Source of the DNA: Shigella phage ESh36
Sequence record: ON528746
Strand: one strand, 5' to 3'
DNA: 64,000 bases
The position numbers were made by a program, and so were the translations under genes. The notes beneath the pieces are model-generated. The model had not been told where the DNA came from, did no database searches, and saw only the letters and a list, made by a program, of their open reading frames with translations. This document shows, one piece after another, positions 1 through 9,039 of the stretch (positions within the stretch are counted from its first letter, which is position 1; every line of letters starts with the position of its first letter).

Positions 1-64
1 AAAGCAAAAACAACCGGCCATTCACACTTTTCGCAGTGGGCATTTTTAAGAATACTTGTTTGGC

Positions 65-277
65 TCATAACCATGTAACCTTTAAACAATATTCTTCTAC
101 GTGTTGTTTACGACCTTTCTTATCAATAAAGGTATATTCAACGAATGTTCCAATATAGTCTTTATCTACATCATGAGGACTATTAATTGGGCATTTAGTA
201 CGGCAAATGCGTTCCCATTGACGAATAATTTCCACTTTGTTTTTAGGATCAAACGGATGCGGGTAATGTACTTTCAT
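65..277 (-). CDS. hypothetical small protein (70 aa)
   Basis: ATG-initiated ORF in the minus-strand early block downstream of the macro-like ORF; no recognisable motif. Confidence 0.4.
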   Translation of the reverse strand: MKVHYPHPFDPKNKVEIIRQWERICRTKCPINSPHDVDKDYIGTFVEYTFIDKKGRKQHVEEYCLKVTWL

Positions 278-728
278 AATCCACCACTATTAAATCAATA
301 TCAGGAGTAAACATGTCGATTAATTTAGAAACCTTATCCCAATCGCCGCCAGCAATACCGCAACCTATGCGTGGAATGTAAATTACTGGTTTAAACAAAA
401 GGGTTTCTGCCTGTAGATTTAATTCTATCATGCAGTTTACTAAAGCACCATAATCAAGATTAGGACCCGGTTCATATTGCGTATACAGGTTATAGCATAT
501 ACCAAATCCTGTAGGATTATGTTTAAAAACAATAGACATATCGCCTAATTTATCACGAGAACCGTACTCGGTAGTGGTTTTATCTATTTCTAAAATTTTG
601 GGATAGGCTCTTGCTAATTGACCTGCTACGCCAGAGCCCATTGTGTGGAAGCAATTGCACCCGTGCGCAATAATATTACCTTGAAGAAATAGGGCGACAA
701 TATCGCCCTTGATATATTTTACAATCAT
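249..728 (-). CDS. macro-domain-like protein (possible ADP-ribose binding/hydrolase)
   Basis: 159 aa; N-terminal GDIV...NIIAHGCNC...MGSGVAGQLARA and C-terminal IPRIGCGIAGGDWDKV resemble the two conserved macro-domain blocks (GDIT...NAAN...GGGV.GAI and FPAIS.G.YG). Assignment by motif pattern only. Confidence 0.5.
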   Translation of the reverse strand: MIVKYIKGDIVALFLQGNIIAHGCNCFHTMGSGVAGQLARAYPKILEIDKTTTEYGSRDKLGDMSIVFKHNPTGFGICYNLYTQYEPGPNLDYGALVNCMIELNLQAETLLFKPVIYIPRIGCGIAGGDWDKVSKLIDMFTPDIDLIVVDYESTLPASV

Positions 729-1072
729 CTAGTACTCAATCCTCGATTATAAGAATCTACTAAACGGTCAACCATTGAATGACAAGCGGCTTTATCTTTC
801 TCCTCCGCAACTGAACATTCTAAGGTATTCCACTTTTTAGCATATCGTTTTAACAATGTATCATTTTTGTATCTGCTTGATTTATCTCTTTCTCCGTCTT
901 TATATGCATATATTAATTTCTGTGCAAATTCAGCTTGGCATGCTTTATTTTTCCCGCAATAATCCGCGGCAGTACGATTTACATACTCTCTAATTTCAGT
1001 ATATGATGTATCTGCTGATGCAGAAGCAGAAAATGAAATTAATCCTATACATAAAACCAAAATTTTAGTCAT
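725..1072 (-). CDS. small secreted protein with N-terminal signal peptide (115 aa); positional counterpart of T4 vs
   Basis: Hydrophobic leader MTKILVLCIGLISFSASASA followed by a Cys-containing polar domain; ATGA-type overlap with neighbours; sits where T4 has vs. Confidence 0.5.
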   Translation of the reverse strand: MTKILVLCIGLISFSASASADTSYTEIREYVNRTAADYCGKNKACQAEFAQKLIYAYKDGERDKSSRYKNDTLLKRYAKKWNTLECSVAEEKDKAACHSMVDRLVDSYNRGLSTR

Positions 1073-1610
1073 TTACTATTTCCAAAAGTTTATTATTTTT
1101 AAGGTAATTAGCCTTTTCTAGGACTTCAGAAGCATATTTAGAACCTGCTTTAACATTCCATCCCGAATTATAAGAGGATATTGCTTTTCTTATATCGCCC
1201 TTATGTATATTTAACCAATAAGAAAGTTCAATGTACGCCCAGGAAGCTGAATTGGACCGTTTATTCAACATTCTTTTTATTTCAGCATCGGTCATATTAT
1301 AACCAAGTTCCTTAACTCTTGCTCGCATAGTTGGCAAATAATTTTGGAACATTCCATAGGCATGATGCTTTGGTTTAGATTTTAAATTAACTCCGGCAGA
1401 GCTTTCTTGCCACAAAATAGCAGCCATTATATGACCCAATCCGCTCTTGTGGATATTTTTGTGTGTTTTATATTTTCCATCCTTAGAAAATTGTTCCCCG
1501 AATTGATATGCGTAACGCATGTTATCGAGTTGGACATTACTGAAAGTATGCTCGGAGCTATGCGCCATCATTGAAATGGCCAATAGACCAGCGAGTAGTG
1601 CTTTTCTCAT
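1065..1610 (-). CDS. SLT-domain lytic transglycosylase-like protein with signal peptide
   Basis: 181 aa; leader MRKALLAGLLAISMMAHS; family-1 lytic transglycosylase motifs WQESS (catalytic Glu), GMFQ and SYNSG. Confidence 0.6.
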   Translation of the reverse strand: MRKALLAGLLAISMMAHSSEHTFSNVQLDNMRYAYQFGEQFSKDGKYKTHKNIHKSGLGHIMAAILWQESSAGVNLKSKPKHHAYGMFQNYLPTMRARVKELGYNMTDAEIKRMLNKRSNSASWAYIELSYWLNIHKGDIRKAISSYNSGWNVKAGSKYASEVLEKANYLKNNKLLEIVND

Positions 1611-1617
1611 GCTTACC

Positions 1618-2079
1618 TCATTGAGTTTTAATTACTGCTTTAGAAGCCTTTCCTGGTAAACGACGACTGTTGATAATTGCCATCCTGCATTGAAGCGACG
1701 GGTCTTTGAACTTCGCATTAGGTTTACAAACTGTAAATCCAAGCCAAAGATTTCCATCTGTAATTTCTAAACGTCCAGGACGGTATTCAACCCCATCAAT
1801 AAAATCCTCGTCAATGTCAGGACGCGGAGGCATACTCAGGAATTCATTAACTTCTAAAACATGGTCTTTTATTTTGTGGAATAATTCAAAAACATATGTC
1901 TCATCAATCTCCCGTTGAATTGCACGATCAAGAAGATGCTGAGAATATTTTAGATGAAACGATGAGACCCCTGCTGCTTTTGATGCCTCACGAATCTCAT
2001 TGTTAATTTGACGAAACTCCGACTCAAAGTGACGACGAAGCTTATTTCGACGGATAAAAACTTCTGTGTTGATAGTCAT
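1618..2079 (-). CDS. regB: RegB site-specific endoribonuclease
   Basis: 153 aa starting MTINTEVFIRRNKLRRHFESEFRQ, matching T4 RegB sequence and length as recalled. Confidence 0.85.
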   Translation of the reverse strand: MTINTEVFIRRNKLRRHFESEFRQINNEIREASKAAGVSSFHLKYSQHLLDRAIQREIDETYVFELFHKIKDHVLEVNEFLSMPPRPDIDEDFIDGVEYRPGRLEITDGNLWLGFTVCKPNAKFKDPSLQCRMAIINSRRLPGKASKAVIKTQ

Positions 2080-2138
2080 GTTATTCTCCTCTTAACTGAT
2101 AGAAAAATTATACCACAGTCAAGAGGAAAAGTAAACAG

Positions 2139-2417
2139 TTATTCTTTAAATCTAATCAATTTATTCATAGACTTTGAAACTTCTGCACGGACCTCATGCA
2201 GGTTTTTAAGCTGTTCAAGACGTTGCTCATAGTAAGCAATTTCATCTTCTTCAAGACAGTCCTGTGAATCTTCTTTAAGATAACGCGCATAGTCCTGGAA
2301 AGCTTTACGGACTACTTCTTGGAAGTCATCAAGACTTTGAATTTTCTTAGGAGCAACAGATACACGACGAGGGGCAGTATAATACTCATAACCAAACCCT
2401 GCGCTTAATTGAGCCAT
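2139..2417 (-). CDS. hypothetical protein (T4 vs.3 position)
   Basis: Track ORF starts at GTG; first ATG ([10 protein letters not shown]) at 2417 gives a TAATG overlap with the upstream gene, so the start was moved. Confidence 0.45.
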   Translation of the reverse strand: MAQLSAGFGYEYYTAPRRVSVAPKKIQSLDDFQEVVRKAFQDYARYLKEDSQDCLEEDEIAYYEQRLEQLKNLHEVRAEVSKSMNKLIRFKE

Positions 2418-2683
2418 TAATATTTTTCCTCTGGTTGGAACACAGCACGACAAGCCCACATACTGGCTTCTTTGAGTTTCGTTTTAGCAATAGTTAACTG
2501 ATCGAGGCTTTCAGCATAATTCTTCGCGAATTCACAGTCTTCACAATTATCTAGTGCTTCCCAAAATTCATCGTATAAAGCGTCAAAGATAAGTCCTAAA
2601 CGAACTTCAGCATCTTTGATAGCATTCACTTTACTGATTTTATCGTCAGTATGTGGCTTATAACCTTTAATATCTTCAATCAT
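2417..2683 (-). CDS. hypothetical protein (T4 vs.4 position)
   Basis: Track start is TTG; in-frame ATG at 2683 (MIEDIKGY) is preceded by GAGGAAG Shine-Dalgarno. Confidence 0.45.
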   Translation of the reverse strand: MIEDIKGYKPHTDDKISKVNAIKDAEVRLGLIFDALYDEFWEALDNCEDCEFAKNYAESLDQLTIAKTKLKEASMWACRAVFQPEEKY

Positions 2684-2897
2684 ATTTGACTTCCTCACCA
2701 GTACATAAATCATATTCAACTAAACGAATAGGTTCATGAATGCCATATCCTTGAACAGAAATTTCTGTCGTAGGATAAATTCCATCAATATCACCCATGG
2801 TCCATGCTTCATTAAATTGCTGTTCGCCTGAATTACTAAACCACTCGGCGAAAGCATTTAACACATCTTTAGAACCTTCAATAATTATCTTTGCCAT
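2676..2897 (-). CDS. hypothetical protein (73 aa)
   Basis: ATG-initiated ORF tightly packed between neighbours. Confidence 0.5.
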   Translation of the reverse strand: MAKIIIEGSKDVLNAFAEWFSNSGEQQFNEAWTMGDIDGIYPTTEISVQGYGIHEPIRLVEYDLCTGEEVKYD

Positions 2898-3259
2898 TAC
2901 AAGCTCTCAGTAAAGGTACGAGCGATAACGTCGCGCTGCTGTTCCGGAGTCAGAGAGTTAAAGCGAACTGCATAACCGGATACACGGATGGTCAGCTGCG
3001 GATATTTTTCCGGATGCTTAACTGCATCTTCCAGAGTTTCACGACGCAGAACGTTAACGTTCAGGTGCTGACCACCTTCAATTTTAACGGTAGGCTGTGA
3101 TTCAATTTCAATTTCACGGGCATGCAAACCGTAGAAAATTTCTGGGTCTACAAAAGAGTCCTCTTTAAAGGTTTTAGAAACAATAATTCGTGCTTGAATA
3201 CCATCTTCAAAATAAATAGTACCTTTATGTGTGCCTTCAAGAATTTGATATGCTTTCAT
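2897..3259 (-). CDS. autonomous glycyl-radical cofactor (GrcA/YfiD-like; T4 Y06I family)
   Basis: 120 aa; C-terminal ~60 aa [61 protein letters not shown] carries the glycyl-radical motif RVSGY and matches E. coli GrcA as I recall it. Confidence 0.9.
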   Translation of the reverse strand: MKAYQILEGTHKGTIYFEDGIQARIIVSKTFKEDSFVDPEIFYGLHAREIEIESQPTVKIEGGQHLNVNVLRRETLEDAVKHPEKYPQLTIRVSGYAVRFNSLTPEQQRDVIARTFTESL

Positions 3260-3265
3260 ATAACC

Positions 3266-3595
3266 TCAATTAGAAAATAAATTTATCCAAGATTGTTCTT
3301 TAATTAAAAATGGCTCAGAATCATATGCCATTAAACTTTGTGTGATTAGTCCTTTAAAAGGCCCATCAATAAATTCCATGGTAAAATATGGAATTTTATT
3401 CATTAATCTTGCATTAGGAGCAGTACACAAAACTCTGCATCCTTTGAATACACCTTTTTGTAATTTGTATTGCTTAGGATAAAATTCGCTCAAGACGTTG
3501 TTATTTGCCAAAATTTCAAAATGATTCACCAATTTATTTTTAATAGTTTTTGGTGAAAAATAAAGATATTCGAAAAGTTGCGTGTCTGTCATCAT
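3266..3595 (-). CDS. hypothetical protein (T4 vs.7 position)
   Basis: Start moved to the internal ATG (MMTDTQ) that forms an ATGA overlap with the upstream stop; the track's longer start would overlap the upstream gene by 55 nt. Confidence 0.45.
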   Translation of the reverse strand: MMTDTQLFEYLYFSPKTIKNKLVNHFEILANNNVLSEFYPKQYKLQKGVFKGCRVLCTAPNARLMNKIPYFTMEFIDGPFKGLITQSLMAYDSEPFLIKEQSWINLFSN

Positions 3596-4098
3596 TGCAT
3601 TCCAATCACAAAAAATTGAGGACGAGTAATACCGCCAATGCAGCATTTACTATTGCAGCAGTGTTGCACAGTTTCAATATGAATATCATAAATTTTATCC
3701 ATATCAGGAGATTTAACAGGCTCATCGATTATATACAAAATCCGCGAAAGCGATAAACCTCTGAACTTGCTACCTCTATTACCAACAAAACTACGGATAG
3801 AATCGGTAAATAAGCGGAATCGAATATCATCGCTAGAATAACGAGAAAATTCTTTTTTAATGTGGCCCGCAGAAATTTTAGCGTAAGCTGAAGTATTAGA
3901 AAGAACAATAACTGTTCCACCATTATACAGCCAATTAGCAGCAAAGTTAGTCACAGCAGTTGATTTACCTGATTGACGTCCACCATCTAAACGAAGTGTA
4001 CAATATTCTTTAAATAAATGTGACGAATAAGGTACATAAAATCCACTATTACAAATTTCTTCTACTCTAGCATCAGAATGGTGTGTAAAAGCATTCAT
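3592..4098 (-). CDS. small P-loop NTPase with C-terminal Cys cluster
   Basis: 168 aa; Walker A GGRQSGKST, Walker B-like ILYIIDEP, C-terminal HCCNSKCC. Confidence 0.55.
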   Translation of the reverse strand: MNAFTHHSDARVEEICNSGFYVPYSSHLFKEYCTLRLDGGRQSGKSTAVTNFAANWLYNGGTVIVLSNTSAYAKISAGHIKKEFSRYSSDDIRFRLFTDSIRSFVGNRGSKFRGLSLSRILYIIDEPVKSPDMDKIYDIHIETVQHCCNSKCCIGGITRPQFFVIGMQ

Positions 4099-4286
4099 CA
4101 GGATAGATAAGGACCAGTTAAAAATGTTCTCATTTTATTCTCTCTAAATTTGGGCCATTCCATGGCACATGAATTGTCCATTTCTGTATTTACCCATTAC
4201 CGCACTTGGGCTCGACCTTATTACAGGTTGGCGGGAATCCCTCATAGAATCATGAGGTCCAGCTTGTTCCCATATTTCTTATTTGC

Positions 4287-4760
4287 TTATTTGAATGATT
4301 TGACGTACTGAATAGAGCCTTTGCTATTCACGAAAGCGATTTTACCATTTTTGTTATACATGGTAGCAGTACGCTGATAACCATAAGTTTGTTTACCAGA
4401 TTGATAACCAACTAATGCGAAATTATCTTCACCCATTTTATTCTGCTTCGCGCGGATACGTTCATGACCATGTGCCATAAGAACCTTAGCGTCGCCAGTT
4501 GCAATGGATCTACGAGTTTTTTCATCTTCAACTGTATTAACAAAGTCGTCAAATGAATCAAATTTAGCGTGAGATTTATTATACAGTTTTCCATCTACTG
4601 CATAATTATATCCCTGTACATCCATCTCAACTTCTGTACCATCATCCAATACAGCAGTGATTTTTTGACCTTTTTTAAATTTCAAAAGATCAGTAAAAGA
4701 TTCAGCGATAATTTGAGAATTAATAGCTGCTTCAGTGATAAATTCTTGATATGTTTTCAT
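4287..4760 (-). CDS. internal-protein-like head protein with capsid targeting sequence
   Basis: 157 aa; N-terminus MKTYQEFITEA is the T4 IP capsid-targeting leader (consensus MKTYQEFIAEA) with a downstream IAE prohead-protease-type site; mature part basic. Confidence 0.6.
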   Translation of the reverse strand: MKTYQEFITEAAINSQIIAESFTDLLKFKKGQKITAVLDDGTEVEMDVQGYNYAVDGKLYNKSHAKFDSFDDFVNTVEDEKTRRSIATGDAKVLMAHGHERIRAKQNKMGEDNFALVGYQSGKQTYGYQRTATMYNKNGKIAFVNSKGSIQYVKSFK

Positions 4761-4769
4761 GTGTTTCCT

Positions 4770-5186
4770 TTAAATGTAAATAGTTTTACCGTAGTATTTA
4801 TACCAGTGTGGCTTCATTAAAATTTTTTCATCGAGTCGTTGTTGACTCAACTTAATAGCTGATTTGCATGGATTATAATCATTTTTCCATTCTGCTGAAA
4901 TATCGCTGATGTCAGGAACTTCAGTATCTTTTATACTGAACCCACGTTTTAAGCATTCCGTTATAATGTCTGATTGACGCTTTCGCAAAAATTCTAACTT
5001 ATCGTAAAAGAACGTAACATGACCAGAACCTAAAATAAACTCGGAAGATATTTTAAAATCTTTAACCCGTTTACCATTTGCCACATGTTTACGAACTATA
5101 CCAAAAACACGTGGCAATTCACGGTATTCTGCGATTAAATGTTGATCAGCAAGTTCAGATACTAAAGTCAAATTAATACGAGTCAT
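4770..5186 (-). CDS. denV: endonuclease V (pyrimidine-dimer DNA glycosylase)
   Basis: 138 aa, [17 protein letters not shown]...WYKYYGK matches T4 DenV in sequence and length. Confidence 0.9.
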   Translation of the reverse strand: MTRINLTLVSELADQHLIAEYRELPRVFGIVRKHVANGKRVKDFKISSEFILGSGHVTFFYDKLEFLRKRQSDIITECLKRGFSIKDTEVPDISDISAEWKNDYNPCKSAIKLSQQRLDEKILMKPHWYKYYGKTIYI

Positions 5187-5201
5187 TTTATCCCTCCAAG
5201 T

Positions 5202-5776
<575 letters not shown>

Positions 5777-6232
5777 TTAAAAGAGGCTGTTCATTATTCG
5801 GTAAAGTGAAGGACCCATCACATATTGCCACTGAGTGCGAGGAATAAGAGCAAAAGCATCCATCTCTGGAATCATAACTCCATCTTTATTTTCAAAATAG
5901 GACTCGCAATGGCAATTTCTAAACATCTCATGCTCTACCGGAATCGTATAATAAAATAACTGTAAGTCTTTATTACTGGAATATTTAAATACACCTAGGT
6001 CTTCTAGAAGGTCTGGATTATAATTGCTAAAGCCAGTCTCTTCTAAACATTCTCTTTTTGCAGCTTCCAGTGCGCTTAAGTCAGAACTTTCTACACGGCC
6101 CTTTGGAATATCCCAGCGATGTGCCATCATTCCAGGCTTACGAGAACCAGTAACCCGACCCATAAATAAATCTTTATCTTCTGTCATAAAGATAATACCA
6201 GCTGATAATGTTTTCATTTTAATTTCCTGCAT
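5777..6232 (-). CDS. nudE: Nudix hydrolase
   Basis: 151 aa with Nudix box GRVESSDLSALEAAKRECLEETGF; directly upstream of e on the minus strand as in T4. A second in-frame Met (MKTLSAG) with better SD spacing is an alternative start. Confidence 0.8.
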   Translation of the reverse strand: MQEIKMKTLSAGIIFMTEDKDLFMGRVTGSRKPGMMAHRWDIPKGRVESSDLSALEAAKRECLEETGFSNYNPDLLEDLGVFKYSSNKDLQLFYYTIPVEHEMFRNCHCESYFENKDGVMIPEMDAFALIPRTQWQYVMGPSLYRIMNSLF

Positions 6233-6702
6233 TCAGTGATAAAGTTATTTAAATTTTGAGCATATTTCTTTTCATCATAAATCTTTTGCTGTCTGCGTAA
6301 ACGCCATGGCATTTCAATGAACGTGTACCATATCCCAGATAATATTGCTGCTGTAAAAATATTAACAAGTATGGTTAAAATAATCCAATCTCCCGTTCTG
6401 TCTACTGGACTTTCTCCAAAGAAGCAAAATACAAATGATGTCACAGGAAAACTAATAATATACCACAGAATCATAATCTTATCTGTGAACCAATCAGTGT
6501 TCGTTAATTTAGCGCGACCGTTATGAATACACACGAATTTATCGTCTGTTATAGTAGATGGCTTAACTGGTTGATATCCCATTCTAAACTCCCTAATCAA
6601 CAAATTTTTCATATCTTCGGAACAGCCATTCCAGTCAACTCTATCAACTGAAATGCCATCATCCCCATCATCTAAATCATACCAGCGAGTTTTTAAAATC
6701 AT
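6214..6702 (-). CDS. predicted membrane protein (T4 e.2 position)
   Basis: 162 aa, two hydrophobic helices in the C-terminal half; ATGA overlap with the upstream gene. Confidence 0.5.
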   Translation of the reverse strand: MILKTRWYDLDDGDDGISVDRVDWNGCSEDMKNLLIREFRMGYQPVKPSTITDDKFVCIHNGRAKLTNTDWFTDKIMILWYIISFPVTSFVFCFFGESPVDRTGDWIILTILVNIFTAAILSGIWYTFIEMPWRLRRQQKIYDEKKYAQNLNNFITECRKLK

Positions 6703-7061
6703 TTGATTTTCCTACAATCATTCACGAATTCTTTCATTGATTCATTTTCAATATAAGACATGTAGTTATTATATTCTTTTAATTGTATTTTGTAATCCTT
6801 TTTTCTTTGCCAATTTATTTTAAAATTATCATAATGAAAATATAAAATAATACCAAAGAATGAAAATAATGAAATAATTTTAGTATAACAAAGCTCACTC
6901 CAAACTTCTGTTATATTTACTGTGCCGTCGATGTTTAAAATAAGACAGTCAATTAACAATCCAAAAAGACTACCCGCAAGAGCTGCAGCCAACGCTACAG
7001 CAAAAATTAAAAATGACTCAGAAAACGAATATTTGACTTTATTTAGTTTTGGCTTTTGCAT
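6699..7061 (-). CDS. predicted membrane protein (T4 e.3 position)
   Basis: 120 aa, hydrophobic helices (LIFAVALAAALAGSLFGLLI, IISLFSFFGIILYF). Confidence 0.5.
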   Translation of the reverse strand: MQKPKLNKVKYSFSESFLIFAVALAAALAGSLFGLLIDCLILNIDGTVNITEVWSELCYTKIISLFSFFGIILYFHYDNFKINWQRKKDYKIQLKEYNNYMSYIENESMKEFVNDCRKIK

Positions 7062-7435
7062 CGTGATTCCTTAACAAATTTCATAATTTCATTAAATTCA
7101 TACATATCAAGTTTAAGCTGGTGTTCCTTTTTAATCTTTTCACACTGTGCTTTCCAATCACGTACACGTTTACGATAATGTCTTCCTTGATACCAATATC
7201 CTATCCAATTTACAGGTACTAATAAAAGTGGAACTATTAATGGAAGAATTAGCATTAACACAAGTATTTCGCCAGAATCAATATCAGTCATAACATCTAA
7301 AACACCTCCAATAATCAATAGAATTACAAATGATATGAGTATAACAGGACCTATTAACACATCAGTAGAAATTATCTGGCGCTTTAATTCATACTTTAAG
7401 GGTTTACTTGGAAGATACATTGATGGCTTTGACAT
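7043..7435 (-). CDS. predicted membrane protein (T4 e.4 position)
   Basis: Track start is TTG; ATG at 7435 (MSKPSMYLP) preceded by AAGGAA. Two hydrophobic helices. Confidence 0.5.
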   Translation of the reverse strand: MSKPSMYLPSKPLKYELKRQIISTDVLIGPVILISFVILLIIGGVLDVMTDIDSGEILVLMLILPLIVPLLLVPVNWIGYWYQGRHYRKRVRDWKAQCEKIKKEHQLKLDMYEFNEIMKFVKESRCKSQN

Positions 7436-8012
7436 ATTCTCTACATTCCTTAACAAATTTTTCTAGTAATAAATCGCTTTCAAAACTAGGATTTTCCACG
7501 AATTTATCAAAAAGATCATCAACAATAGTTAAGATATTCTTTTTACTAAGAATACGTTTATTTTCATGCTTTGTTTCAGAATCAATTATAAGAGTAAAGA
7601 AATATTTCTTTCCCTGAAATTTTACCGTAGTATCAATATAGAACAAATTTGACTTTTGTAAATTACGTTTAAACCATGCGTCACTTAAACTATAAACGCC
7701 AAGATAATCATAATCGTCATTTAAATAACAAACCGTCCATTCAGGAGAAATGAAATCAGTAAATTCAACATCAAAATCACACGTCAATGAATGAATTGAT
7801 TCAATACTGTTAATGAGTATTCCAGGACGTATTAAAGACTTTTTACCTCTAGAAAATCTTCCAGAAAGACTTTCAACAGTTTCATATGAAGAACCCCAAT
7901 AATAATTACGTCCTTCTGCCATACGTTTAAGAGCATTTAATAATTGGTCTGGAACATCAACCTGTCTTTGGAACTCTTCAAACATTGAATTGAAATCACT
8001 TTGCATTTTCAT
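7404..8012 (-). CDS. hypothetical protein (202 aa; T4 e.5 position)
   Basis: ATG-initiated; no recognisable catalytic motif. Confidence 0.5.
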   Translation of the reverse strand: MKMQSDFNSMFEEFQRQVDVPDQLLNALKRMAEGRNYYWGSSYETVESLSGRFSRGKKSLIRPGILINSIESIHSLTCDFDVEFTDFISPEWTVCYLNDDYDYLGVYSLSDAWFKRNLQKSNLFYIDTTVKFQGKKYFFTLIIDSETKHENKRILSKKNILTIVDDLFDKFVENPSFESDLLLEKFVKECREYVKAINVSSK

Positions 8013-8033
8013 TCCTACTTACTCCAAGTAATA

Positions 8034-8047
8034 GGGGCCGAAGCCCC
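8034..8047 (-). terminator. UUCG-tetraloop hairpin between the e.6- and e.5-position ORFs
   Basis: Minus-strand GGGGC-UUCG-GCCCC, same sequence as the hairpin after hoc; T-tract weak, so it may be an RNA stability or processing element rather than a terminator. Confidence 0.35.
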
Positions 8048-8053
8048 TTATCA

Positions 8054-8647
8054 TTATTTCAGAGAATTAATATATTCCTGAACATCGGCAGAGGTAGTTT
8101 CAACCCCAGAAATATTACCATTAAAGGTTTCAACTCGAGCAAGAGTATCTTCAATATCAACCTTAGTCAGTGCTGCAATTTCAACTACATCATCAGCAGT
8201 ACTAATTCCAAGGGCATTCGCGGCGCGAGTTTCACGGATATATTCCAATTTAACTGCAAGTTCTTGGCGAGCATCATCTAACTCAACTACTTTCTTGGCA
8301 ATTTCAATTCGCATTTCAGCATAACCATCAGCTTTAGTAGTCAACTGCTCAGCTGTTCGACGATATAGTAAGCCGAGTTTAGCATGCATTGTTACATCTT
8401 GACCTTCGGAAAGAAGCTTGCGAATTTCACGCTCTTTTGATTCAGCCTGTTTATTCTTTTCAATAACAAGTTCACGAATACGCTTTTCTTCATTAATAGA
8501 TTTAACAGAAGCGGTTTTTAGATCTTTAATTTTATCAAGTAGTTTTGCTGCTGCAGCAGTATACTGTTCTTCAACAGATAGATTTTTAGCCATAGCAGAA
8601 CCAAGTTTAGTGCGAATAAACTCAACAATTTTCTTCAGTGTGTTCAT
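8054..8647 (-). CDS. coiled-coil protein, possibly PspA/IM30-like (T4 e.6 position)
   Basis: 197 aa, long heptad-rich K/E/R-rich region; the PspA-like call is from composition only. Confidence 0.45.
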   Translation of the reverse strand: MNTLKKIVEFIRTKLGSAMAKNLSVEEQYTAAAAKLLDKIKDLKTASVKSINEEKRIRELVIEKNKQAESKEREIRKLLSEGQDVTMHAKLGLLYRRTAEQLTTKADGYAEMRIEIAKKVVELDDARQELAVKLEYIRETRAANALGISTADDVVEIAALTKVDIEDTLARVETFNGNISGVETTSADVQEYINSLK

Positions 8648-8703
8648 AGTATTTCCTTAGGTTGGTATAATTAGATAATATCACGTTTTAATAGATGGTA
8701 AAC

Positions 8704-9039
8704 TTATTCTTCGTCTAGCTCGTCGATAAAGACGTTGATGGCCTCGATAACGGCATCATTGATAGCTAATAAAATAAAATCATCGTCAGTACCTTTAGAA
8801 GATTCTAAAGCATTGATATATGCTTGGTTGGCGAGTTCCCAAGCCTTTTTAAAATAAGGAGCTTCATCATCAGGACAAATATCCCGCACGCCTTCAAAGA
8901 TACGTTTGGCATAATCTAACACCCATTGTACAGGCATGTTTTGAGAACGTTCGTTAAACTCTTTAAAGTCCTTAGATTCAAAAAGCTCTTCAGGATAATT
9001 ATTTCTATTACAAAAAGCTTTACTAAAGTTACGTTTCAT
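8704..9039 (-). CDS. hypothetical protein (111 aa)
   Basis: ATG-initiated ORF in the e.x block. Confidence 0.5.
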   Translation of the reverse strand: MKRNFSKAFCNRNNYPEELFESKDFKEFNERSQNMPVQWVLDYAKRIFEGVRDICPDDEAPYFKKAWELANQAYINALESSKGTDDDFILLAINDAVIEAINVFIDELDEE

